From Octopus sinensis (lineage: Eukaryota), in NCBI RefSeq assembly GCF_006345805.1, contig NW_021835994.1:137843-201842 (forward strand): a stretch of 64,000 nt of DNA, read 5' to 3'. Numbering within the stretch: the stretch's first letter is position 1; the number at the start of each line of letters is the position of its first letter. Positions 36,176-47,322 of this stretch are shown in pieces. The position numbers were made by a program, and so were the translations under genes. Under the pieces are notes generated by a model, which was not told the DNA's origin, searched no databases, and saw nothing but the letters and a program-made list of their open reading frames with translations.

Positions 36176-39100
36176 TCACTCCAGCTCGCTGATATCCACT
36201 CTCCTTCTCTTGAAAGAAGAGTCTACTTCCAGCTGCCTCTTACTCCCCATTACCACATCTGATTCGGCCATTGCATCTTCTTTAGCATTCATTGGGTCGT
36301 CTTCATTTTTGCATGCCATCTCCACATACCGGTTGGAAGCAGAAGCGTATTCTTCACCAGATACCTTAATTCCGTGCTTGTGTTCGATCATCATACTCTC
36401 GAGCGTTCTTTTCAGTACAACGGATTGGATGTATAGGAATTATTTTTACTTGACAGCTATACAGAAGCGAAAGGTCACTTGCCAATAGGTCATACTTGTG
36501 ACACTTTTCAACCTCCACTTGCTTGAGGCGATCCTGTGAGGTAATACCCACTTCAATTAGATTTATTTCGTTTCTGACTTTGTCGTGGACAAAGATATCT
36601 GGCTTGTTATTTCTACTTTTATTTCGGTGAGGATTGTCGAATCAACCCTGATTTCAACTTTTCCGTCGACAGTGTTGACTGAACAGAATGTCCCTTCAAT
36701 CGTCTTGCTTTTTTGAGTCCATAAATTCGGCACAAGTTAAGGTGAATACACTTCACAACTTCGTTGTGTCTCCGGAGATAATCACTGTTGAGCATTTTAC
36801 CACACTGAGTAGCCATGTGGTCAACAGTTTTCTTGCTTTTCTTACAATGATTGCATAATTAGTCAGCGGATACAAAGAACAAGTTTCGATTTTGCAAAAG
36901 ACAATACAATGCTTCGCTTCGTGGCCCATTATTTTCATTAGATAGCCATTCTGAGGATGCGGGTAAATCAACATTAGGTTCATCCATACATTTAAAAAGC
37001 ACAGAATGTAGTGCTTTAGAACTAATTTTCTTTTGTAAATATTGTATCTGACTGGACTTTAGAGACTCCATAGTAATACTCTTCTTATCAATAATTGCAT
37101 ATTTGGAGGATAGAAATCCTGCGATCATAGCCAAATGCCATTTATTCATTTTAATTACACGCAGAATCCCCGCCCTCCGTAAGCATACAGTAAATCAAAA
37201 TAAAAAACGAACACTACATTTTTTCTAAAATTTCCAAGAAACGAATCAAAAAAAATATCTAAATAGAATTTTAACAATATATAAACAATAACTAATATTT
37301 TATTTTTGCAAAAAAATATATTTACCGCCTTTTTACGGCAAAAGTATAATCTGAACAAAAATAAAAAACGAACAAAATTTTATTTACAAATTAAAATTTA
37401 GTATGCCCACCACGTGTCGCAATTACAGACAATATTCGTTCACTCTACCAATGATTTTGCATAATCCACTCCTATCTCATTCCAAATTGTTTGTAATTCT
37501 TCAAAAAGTTCCTTTTTTTGGAATACGATTTCCCCCTTATTTTTGCCTTCATATAGCTCCATACGTGTTCAATGGGGTTAAGATCCGGGCTGGCCAAGGT
37601 AGCAATTCGATATTATTAGTCTCAAAGAATATTTTTGCAAGCACACATGTGTGTTTTGGGTCGTTGTCCTGTTGAAAAATTGGATCAATAATCCTATTTT
37701 TTTCCAGAAATGGCAACAAATTGTTTGCCAAAATGTTAACATACAATGATCCATTCATTATTTTTTTTATCCAAACCAGATTACTAAAATATTCAGACGT
37801 AAATGCACCCCATATCTTCACACTTCCTTTTCCAAATTTTACGGTTTCAGTAATATTACGTGAAACAAACTTTTCGGATTGTTGTCTTTATACAAATCTT
37901 CGTCCGTCGTTGTTTACTAAGTTGAATTTGCATTCGTCGCTGAATATAACGTGATTCCAATAGCATATTCCATCTTTGACAGATTTCCATTCTTCGTTCT
38001 TTGTGTTTTTTAGTAAGATGTGGTCTTTTAGTAGGCGGAAATGCTTTGAAACCTTTTTGTTTTAGTGTATTTCTGATTGTTTCAGGTGTTACATTTTTCC
38101 CAGTTTCTTCTTTCAGTGCCTTCGCATATTTTACGCAATTAAAATTTGGATCTTCAATCCTTGCCTTATTGATTTTTTTAAAATTTTCTTCATTTAGAAG
38201 CCGGGGACGACCAGAACCATATTTTCTTGTGCATGGAATATTTTGTTTATATTTTCGAATTGTTTTCGATATGGTATCAAGTGATCTTTTATATGTTGTA
38301 TTTCGCGATACGTCTTTCCGCATTTGTAAATGCCGATAATTGTTCCCTTTTCTTCAAAACTCAATTGTCTGGCCATAATAAGTTATTATAGCGTGCAAAA
38401 TATTAATAATTTGTGTCACCGTCCATTTGCCGGACCGTACATCACTTTAAAACAAAAAACATATCATTTCAAATAATAATGACTTAATGATAACAAATTA
38501 TTATTATAATATTTTTATTTTGCTAAAATATAATCAATCGCACGCGAAAAAAAATGAGTTACTTGAGACTGTCTGCGAGCGAAATGCAAATAATTAAAAA
38601 TTTTAAAATGAATGATTATTATTGTCCTGAAATTCCAAAAAGACAGGTTGGGGTTAGGTTAGAGTTTGGAATTGGTGACTTTTTAGGTTTATTCCATCAT
38701 TTTGAGTAAAGTGTCTTGTTTGAGAGCAAATATTTTTAGATCGTCAATAAATAGCAAATGATTAGTAGAATATGTTAACATATTGGGATCTTCCTGGTTA
38801 ATTTCAAGTTTTGGAAACACGGAATTAAGAATCCTGCTTAGAGGATCCAATACCATAACAAATAGTAAAGGAGACAATGAGTCTCCCTGTAAAATTCCTC
38901 GGTTTAACTTCACTGATCCAATTCTTCTACCTTCCTGCCCACTTCTTGACTACGCTCTTCACAAAGTTTACGATCCATAGCGGGATTCCAGAACAATCCA
39001 AAACGTGAAACAAAAAATCATGATCAACTGAGTAATATGCTTTCTTCACATCGACCCAAGCAGAATAAAGGCCATTCCCGTACTCCTTGTTCAAACATTG

Positions 39101-39945
39101 GTTAATGAGAGCTTGCTCCTTGGCGCCTTGACAATACTTCCTCGTTCCAAGTTGGTTGTCTGAAATTAGGCCAAATGCCTCGATAAAATCAGCCAGTTTT
39201 ACATTAACACATTTGGTGACAAGTTTATACAATGTCGGCATACACGACGTAAGTCTTTTGGGGTCTCACAATCATCTTTTTTAGGAATCAAATATGTTAT
39301 TCCAGTGTAAAACCAACTTTCAGGCATGTACTCTCCATTAATTATTCGGGTTATCTCGTGACACAGAAATCCATGTAATGACTCCATCTTCTTAATGAAA
39401 AAGTTATATATCCCATCACATCCACATGCCTTCCAGTCAGGAAGATACTTAATAACATTTCCAAAAAACTCTTCCGTAAACTCTGGAAGCATATGTTCAG
39501 CACAAGTAGTTCGTTTTCCAACAACGTCATAAGATTGAGGCCTCTCATTTCTCTCGCTCCAGACTTTTTGCCAAAAAGAGACACATTCTTCATCATCAAA
39601 TCCATACAGCGTCACTTCCTCTTTCATTGTTAAGTCTCGATAGAATCTTTTTCGATTTAATTCGAAGCACTGATTATCCTTACGAAATTGCTTCCTTGAA
39701 TTATGAACTTCTATTTTCTTATTGTTAATCCTAATCAGGTCTTGCAATATTATCTGAATCCTCGACAGCTCACCTTTCTTAGTTTTCTTATACCCATAGC
39801 GGCAGAGAACATCCATTACCTTTTGGTTTTCAGATGGAGGTAGTGTTTGATTGGAATGAGAATTAACGATTTCCAATTCTGCAGATAATTTTGAAATTTT
39901 CTTTTCAATATTTTTTACCCATGTGCTCTGTGCTTTGTCTCTCAT
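36176..39945 (-). mobile_element. RLE-type (R4/Dong-like) non-LTR retrotransposon, fragmented
   Basis: RT motifs TYLIPKK, VDVKKAY, RGILQGDSLSPLLF and HLLFIDD; CCHC remnant (DH.ATQC) and NKPDI..IEVGIT endonuclease. The middle is missing or replaced by a Tc1. Confidence 0.85.
37395..38376 (-). mobile_element. Tc1-family transposase, frameshifted, lying between the RT and endonuclease parts of the RLE element
   Basis: GSGRPR, IFSDECKFN, WGAF, FQQDNDPKH, LPWP and C-terminal VIATRGGHTKF; TIRs not identified. Confidence 0.85.
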
Positions 39946-41269
39946 GGTTAGAGATAAATATGCACATGAGCAGCATATAGAATATCAGAAATACTATTGA
40001 TATCATTAGGATGATTATCTTTCGTAATATAATATATCGCCGAATTCAATCCTGTCAATATATCAGTTTTCGAAATGTCACAATATATAATAGTCATTTA
40101 ATAACGTAGTTTGATGTTTCTGCCAGTGTTGTGCTTTTTTGCAACTCTTGCTTCTCAGATATATAGTTTTAACATTTCTCGAAAGGAAGCAATATTTTTA
40201 TCAAACCTCTCTATAATTCCAAATACAATTCAAAATGAGTGTAAATCGAAAAGTATATATTTTTTTAATTTGTGAGATTTAACTCAAATTATCCAAAATC
40301 AAACAAATAACCTTGTAATTAATTGCTCTAACACTTTACAAATTAAATTGTGGTATCAAGGTTACTTATAAAAAATATTTAACATTATTTAGAAGTTCCA
40401 TATGTGAATTACACGTTGAACAAAAATTTTAGTCTATATTCTTTTGGTTTTAATAGAAAACATGACCCAGAAATTAACTCAAGAGAACATATAACCCTGG
40501 TGATTTTAGTAATTTTATACAATAAAGTTCACTAATAAAACTGGAATTACGTCTGTAAGACCAAATATAATTTACAATGTTGCATCGTTCCAGATAAAGA
40601 CGTTGTCATCGAAATATACAATACAAATTTTAAACGAAACTATTTCATTTAGTAGTCGCTTGAATTCTTTTATATATTTAGATTTTTCGTATATTCTCAA
40701 AAAAGTTAGTTTTATTATGCGCAAAAATGTTCTCCAATTTTCTATTGATACAAGATCAAATAACTTCAGTTCTTGCAATTTGTGCATCGAGGATTCATGC
40801 AGTGAAACGACCAATAGTATTTATTTGATTTTGCAATTTAGAAATCGGGCAAATATTAACAAATAAAACTGGCAATATAAAGATTGTTGTGAAATTCACT
40901 TTACCAGAAGGAAATAAAGAATTTTATCATTTAATTCATGAAATTAAAACCACACATATTTCTGTAAATTTTACATTCTACTCTTGTAATTATTAGTCAC
41001 CCATTTCTCGAACTAAAATCATTTTGTCAATCGTGATGTCACTTCTTGCTGCAGTCATAATATCCCTTATGAGTATAAACATTTTTATTTGACTATATTT
41101 AGTATATCGGAATTACAACAATAGATATTACAGTAAATTTCGTATTCTTAATGATTTGCCTGATAATTTTCCCCGTGGAAGGGATTATTTTAGTCCCATT
41201 AATCTAACAATTAGTTGATATTTTAAAAATCATTCGTGTTTTACATTCTTTTTTTTCACACTTTGATCT

Positions 41270-41485
41270 AGTATAACATTAACAGGTAACAATAGGCATT
41301 AAATAGATAACAATACGCAGAGAAGCAGCAGCCAAAAAAGCGACATGAAAATATTTTAGAAAATTTTTTTTTAATTTTTTGGTAAGAAGGTTTAAAGGAC
41401 CTCACCATGTAGTCTGAGACATGCTTGTTGTTCATTTTAAGCAAAATCTAGAAAATATTGTTTTAATTTTTTTGGGCGAAGGAGG
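41270..41485 (-). mobile_element. Old Helitron relic with a degenerate satellite unit
   Basis: GCAGCAGCCAAAAAAGCGAC matches the reverse complement of ~4485-4505, and ggacctcaccatgtagtctgagacatgcttgttgttcattttaa is a diverged satellite unit. Confidence 0.65.
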
Positions 41486-42072
41486 CGGATCAATAACAAA
41501 GAGAAGGAAGCTGGAACAAAAATTCTCATAAGATATTTTTTCCAGTTCAATTGATTTATTAATTTGGATTCGGTATTCTTAATATGTGACATGGGCAGCT
41601 GGATACGTATGGGCAACCGGTTACATTTTACCCTGAAAAATTTCAATTTAACCTTGAACAAATCATCCTATTTTAATCATTAAAGATTAATGTATTTTTA
41701 CAAAAAAGATTAAAATTAATTATTTTTTGCAGTTTTTCCATTGGTACTGTCCAGACCCTTGGGAGCAACGGCTTCGCGCCTGCTCTGCTGCCACAAACGT
41801 CACAGAATCGATCCGATCCGACAAGGTCCATATAAGTAGAAAAGTGATCTAAAGTTGTTGCATACTTTTTTTGAAGATTTATGAAAAAGTGGTCTAACAA
41901 AAATAAATTGTTAAAAGACCTACTAATAACCTACAATAAACATCGATGACTGTTAAAATCCATTTGTAGTTATTATTTAAGACTGAAAACGTTTTTAGAT
42001 CTACAAAATCTAGCTGAAATTTTTCATTCGGAGAAGAAGCAAAAATATGATGATTTATATCACCAACCTACA

Positions 42073-42400
42073 TTAAAAATTAAAAAGAATTAAAACTTTC
42101 AATGGACAGGCAAATTTACATGCTTCACAATTTCGAATGACTTTTCTGATTATGTCATTTTTAACAATGAAGTATCTTTGTCGAAACTCATATTCAATCT
42201 TGTTTACTCCTCCGTGTGAATATTTGAGATACAATCTGCGCATTAATCGTAAATCTAGAGTACCTTTCATTGATTATTGTAAAATTCTCAATCTTTTTTA
42301 CAAGTCTATATTTTGCTTGCCTAGAAAAATCTTCCGGAAATTTATTTTTCAAAGCATCTTTTAAAATTCAATACTTTGAAGAATCTTTGACATAGCCTCT
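42073..42400 (-). pseudogene. Integrase N-terminus and zinc-binding fragment
   Basis: SHGGVNKIEYEFRQRYF..DIIRKVIRNCEAC, resembling the integrase H2C2 domain. Confidence 0.65.
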
Positions 42401-42767
42401 ACAAGAAGCCATTATAAGAAACAAATCTAGCACGCTAAAAATTTTCCAATAAGTTTAGGTTTACCAACATTTAAAAAATAACTTTTTAAATTATTTAAGT
42501 ACATGAACAAAAACCAATTTAAACCAATACAAAATTCAGAAAACATTGTTAAAACTACCTCAGAAAATGCATTATCCATTACTGATAAGTAGGGCAACCA
42601 CAAATATGACCTTAAAATGATTCAAATATGACCTTAAAAATAACAAGAGGAGAAAAAAACATTATAAGTTAAGGGAGTTAAAAACTAACTAAGTAGACCT
42701 TCGGCATCGCTGCCTTTTCAGTCTCCATCTCACACACGCCTCCCTACACACAACCACAGGTTAAGAC

Positions 42768-45413
42768 TTACCGCCTTACCTGCCATCCAGAAATAATCTT
42801 CTCTAGGACCTCAGAGAGGCCTTTGAGAGATGATTCCTGGGCGTCGGAGAGCTCAGTCCGGAATCCTAAGCCATAGGCTAGCCTTATGGCTCGTCTTCTT
42901 ACTTTTTTAAGCACGTCAACATGCTTATCCCTGTCCTCATAGAGGTACCAAGCGTGGACGCCATAGGTCAAGACGGGTAACACCATGGCGTTAAACACGC
43001 GGAACCAGGCACCTCTGCTCAAGCGGAAAGCACGCAACGCACCTAATCGCTGCATTGCACGCATTTTCGTACGTGCAATGTGATCATCAAACTTACCGGA
43101 CGGCTTAAAGAGCACGCCCAAATAAGTCATCCGATCAACTGCAGCGATTGCTGACCCGCTCAGCAATAACCTAGGAACAAAATTAGTGTAACCCCTCGTC
43201 CTTTTACAGACTTTAAGGACACTGCACTTGTCCGCGCACATTCTCAGACCCCTACTCCCACACCAGTTTGCAAGTCCATCCACAGCAACCTGAAGCCTAC
43301 GACACGCACACTCCGGTTTCATTGAGTGATCCCAGAGGATAATGTCGTCTGCATAGATTACCATTTCAGTACGAGCATTGACTGGCATAGGCGCAGTGGC
43401 CATAAACACATTGAATAGTGTCGGACTGAGCACAGAGCCCTGAGGGACCCCGCGAAGGACTGTTGCGACTTTAGAAAAGACCCCCTGATGCCGCACGACC
43501 TGCCTGCGAGATTCAAGAAACCCCGACAGCCAGCGCCTTAGACACGGAGAAACCCCACACGTGGCAAGGGAACTCCGGAGGCCGTCGTGCCACACCGAGT
43601 CGAAGGCCTTTTCAATGTCGAGACTAACTAAAATACCGCATTCCCTTTTCTAGAGGGCGTTCTTCATACCAGACGGCACCTTGTGAAGGCAGTCCCCGCA
43701 TGAGCGGCCCTCCCTGAAGCCCCATTGGAACTCAGGGAGGGCGTCTGCAACCATCAGCTCCTCCAGGAGCCTTTGGTGCATAATTCTTTCTAGGATTTTA
43801 GATATCGCGGGGAGCAAGGAAATGGGCCTATATCCCCCGGGGACATCATGTGGCTTCCCGGGCTTTCCGATAAGGATTACCTCAGCCACTTTCCACCTGG
43901 AGGGAATCATCCCAAGTCGCAAGCTCCCGTTAAATAAAACCTTTAGTGCAGTGATTAACCGCGGCGGGGCCTTCTTAAAGATGGCCATCGGGATCCGATC
44001 CAAACCCGCCGCGGTGTTCTTACTTCGGGAGATTGCTGCCAGAATCTCCGCTTCAGTAATTTCGCCTGCATCGTTCCTTGATATGCCCAGCTGGCAGCGC
44101 TTGTCCCACGACAATATCTGCTGGACAGTATCAAAGGACGATGTCTCTACGAACTGACTTCCGTCAGTTCCCGAGATGCCATTGAGATGGGCTGAAAGTA
44201 TTTCAACCACCTCAACCGGGTCCGAAGCGAGGGTTCCATCAGAGCGTTTAAGGCGCACTGACTTAGCCCCCCTTCTCCCCGACAGGCTCTTCAACTGCTT
44301 CCAGAAGTCCGGAAAGCGAGGGTCCACCCTTCGGCAGGCCCTCTCCCACCGCGAACTTTCGAGTTCGCGGATTTCTCTTCGGATCTCCCTCTGAAGCCGG
44401 CTAATCCAGCCACGAAACCAAACACGGTTCTCCTCGTAAACGCATTTGTCCCGTAGTCTGGATAGCCGGCGCTTGAACCTAATTTTATTTAAGATCCGGT
44501 GAGGGAGCGTGGAATGTGCCTGACCCTGCACTGAGTTTTGTTTGAAATTATCTCGCATGTAATCAGTCAGGGCAGCATTGATTCCATTATCAAGCGCCTC
44601 CAACTCACGTATGTTGGCGCAGGTATTCCCCACCAGAAGTGAGGGCAACCTGCTGGCCATGAAACTCTCCAGGTTAGCCCAGGAACCCACCCGGAGGTCA
44701 AAGTATCCTGGGACCCTTTGAGGAACTGGCTCACGGAGTTCGTGCAATAGAGGCAGATGGTCGCTCCCAATATCGGACAATAAAATAGTTTTACTAACCC
44801 AATTTAGAAGACCGGGACTGACCAGAGCAAGCCCTAGCCAGTCACGTCCTCCCCTCGCGTCGACGTGGTTTGGCTCGCTCGAAGTCCGGATTTCCAGCCC
44901 GAGGTCTTCAACCAGCGTCTTCAGAGCCAAACCATGCGAGTTGGTTACCCTGAAACCAAGATCTTGATGCTTGGCATTCAGGTCCCCAACAACCATGGCC
45001 TTCGGATGCTTTTCAAAGAACTCCCGTACGTGCCAGGAGCACGCCGTAAAGTTCTTCGAGTACATCCCACCTAGGTAAAATGTTAACTCGCCTATGCGAA
45101 TTCTCACTTGGAGGAATTCACACAAGCTACATGAACATATACCTGGACTCTGCAAGGCAAGGTAGGGCTTGTAGAAGAGGCTAGTTCCTGTGCCACATAT
45201 TGACCCCTGTTTCCAGGGTATGTGACGACAGTTGTAGCCATCAACTACGTACGGACCCCCCTTTACCTTCGTTTCGTTGACCACCAGAATGTCCGCACTC
45301 GTGGTGGCCAACATCCTCTGAACGGCGTCCCTTTTTCCTTCCAAGGAACGCGCGTTGATATGATGTTGAGCATCATATCGGTTCTTCGCCAAGGATCTTC
45401 TTGGCCTCGGCAA
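42768..45413 (-). CDS. LINE ORF2: AP endonuclease + reverse transcriptase, one in-frame TAG at 43652-43650
   Basis: INARSL, VVNETK, VVGDLNAKH and SDHLPL (APE); YRPISLL, QWGFR, LDIEKAFDSV, GVPQGSVLSP and YADD (RT). ORFs 43650-45413 and 42768-43595 share one frame. No RNase H. Confidence 0.93.
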
Positions 45414-47162
45414 CGTTGCAGTGTAGCATTTCCTCTACACTGCAATTCATCTCCCTACAAAATTTTAATAGGGAAACGCATAATTGCACCGCAGGACTAA
45501 TACTGTCCTGCGGTACACGCTCGCCAGGGGCTGAGTGCAATGGCATCTCCACGTATGGAGGACGCCTTTTCAGCCCCAGGTTGTGCCGGACGGCGCCGCC
45601 GTTAGCCGCCTCAGAAGGCATTGCCGGCTTAGGCAACCAAGCGGACTCGGAAGCTTTCACCTGCTTTGCCAACTTTGTCGGCGAAGGCTGCACCGACCCA
45701 CACGTAGCATGGCTCACAGGTTCCACTGTCTTCGCCACCCAAACGGATTTGGAAGGTTTGGCCAGTATCGCCTGCTTGCCAGGTTTTGGCGCAGGGCGCG
45801 CGACGCGACGCGGGCGACTTACTGTTGGGATTACATCCCCACCTACCTTTCGGGTTGCCTCCTTGAACTTGGGGCAACCTCTGAAGTTGGCAGTGTGTCC
45901 CAACTTACCACAGTTGACACACTGCCTCTCCTTGGATGGTGAGGGGCACGTCTTGCGACCATGCTCCCCACCGCAAATAAGGCACTTCGCCTTATCCGGG
46001 CACTTTGTGGAGATGTGCCCGAACCCCTGACACCGAAAGCATTGGGTGGCTTTCGGGCGGGGCCAGGCAGCTCTCATCCTAATGTAGCCGATCCTGGTAC
46101 CAAGAAGTACCAGGCGCTCGCTTCTGCAGGAGATCCCAGTGTAATCTCCACCACTTCAAGAGGGCGATTACCCTGCTTGAAGCGTGCAATGGCAGAGGCA
46201 CTGGGGTACTCCTGCTGCAGATGACCTAGGAGGTCATTATCCTCGAAGTCCCGAGGAACCCCGAGGAGGAGGACACTTACCTTACTTACCTTACGTTCGA
46301 TCCTGACAAGGCGATGCATGCCAGGACCGAACGGATTTGACTTCTCCAGCTCCCCTTTGAAGTTGGAGAAGTCATCCTCCTTCTCCCACCCAAGCAGGAA
46401 TTGGGTGGGCTCCCTCTTCAGGACTCTATACAGCTTTGAAGGCTGGATAGAGTCTAACGTACCTAAGATCTTTATGACCGAGGCCTTCCCACTTGTAGGG
46501 AGGACCTCAAGTCGTGCCACAGCACCGAAGGTAATTCTGCTCCCGGCGCCAGTGGTCTTCTTTGGGTGTGCATCCGCCTGATCGGACACACACCCAGTAC
46601 CTAAAACATTAGGGGGGGTTGGACGGCCAGCCGCACGTTTGGGTTTCCCCACCGTGTACCAACCGTCCTCAAGGGCAACCTTATTTCCTGCCGTACCCAC
46701 CGGGACGGCCTCAGGAGACGACACCCTGTTGGCATTAATTGACTTACCGCAAACACGTGGCGAACCAGCATGCTGTGCGGTTGTCGTAGCTACCAAACAA
46801 TTAGTACCTGTTGCAGCTGCTGCTCCCCCGACACCAGCCAAAGGGGGAGCAGAGGGAGAAGAGTCTTCAGTGAGTGCTGAACCCATCTGGGAGGGTCCAG
46901 GCTTCGACCTCCTGCTTTGACCTAAAGAATTAAAGACACCACTAGAATAGCCGGAAGCACGTGGCGGTGAACCACGGCTCCGGCAGTTCATCGTAGTGGC
47001 ACACTGAACCGTCTTGTCCTCCGGGGAGTGCGAAGCGGGAACGCCTCCACTTCTGCATAGTCTTCTTAGTGCAGACAGCTTGCGAGCAGATTTTGCAGAC
47101 AATTGTTTCCTTGGAACTTTTGCTCCAGTAGATTTTCGAGCAGTTTGTTTAGTTCTAGCCAT
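45373..47162 (-). CDS. LINE ORF1 (gag-like, three Cys/His knuckles) with an N-terminal H3(1-27); one frameshift near 46100
   Basis: QCFRCQGFGHISTKC, CLICGGEHGRKTC and CVNCGKLGHTANFRGC. The alternative frame LLGTRIGYIRMR bridges ORFs 46074-47162 and 45373-46077. Confidence 0.88.
47079..47162 (-). other. Histone H3 N-terminal tail coding segment (Met + residues 1-27)
   Basis: [28 protein letters not shown] matches canonical [27 protein letters not shown] at 22/27 positions; no histone fold follows. Confidence 0.93.
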
Positions 47163-47322
47163 ATTTTTTTTATTTTTGCGGCCCCGAGAATCTTTTTTGC
47201 GGCCCCGACTTCCAAACTTTAAAATAAATTTTGGATATAAAATTAATTGTAAATTAATATTATTAAAGATAATATTTTAACTACACGTGTTTGTAAATAT
47301 ATTTCAGGTTGAGTATTTTTTC

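Larger units (their letters stand above)
42600..47162 (-). mobile_element. APE-RT LINE (Jockey/I/R1-type ORF1), near full length, with a histone H3 tail at the ORF1 N-terminus
   Basis: GC-rich island with two ORFs. No poly(A) or TSD seen; the 3' region has a 17-bp repeat CAAATATGACCTTAAAA at 42601 and 42623. The 3' boundary is approximate. Confidence 0.92.

Noticed and set aside
38646-38690. GGTTGGGGTTAGGTTAG as an interstitial telomere
   Set aside because: Only two or three irregular units; too short to support.
42361-42720. Remainder of an H3 gene at the LINE 3' flank
   Set aside because: Hand translation finds no GGVKKPHR, RPGTVAL or histone-fold sequence; the flank leads into an integrase relic.
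43650-43652. In-frame TAG in RT as evidence of a UAR-to-Gln genetic code
   Set aside because: It is a single case. The spliced host exons and the 695-aa Rep ORF contain no internal TAA/TAG, and SOD1 and the Helitron helicase end in TAA/TAG at the expected positions.
45401-46030. Plus-strand ORFs over the LINE (209, 135, 111 aa etc.)
   Set aside because: Expected antisense ORFs in GC-rich coding DNA; no motifs.
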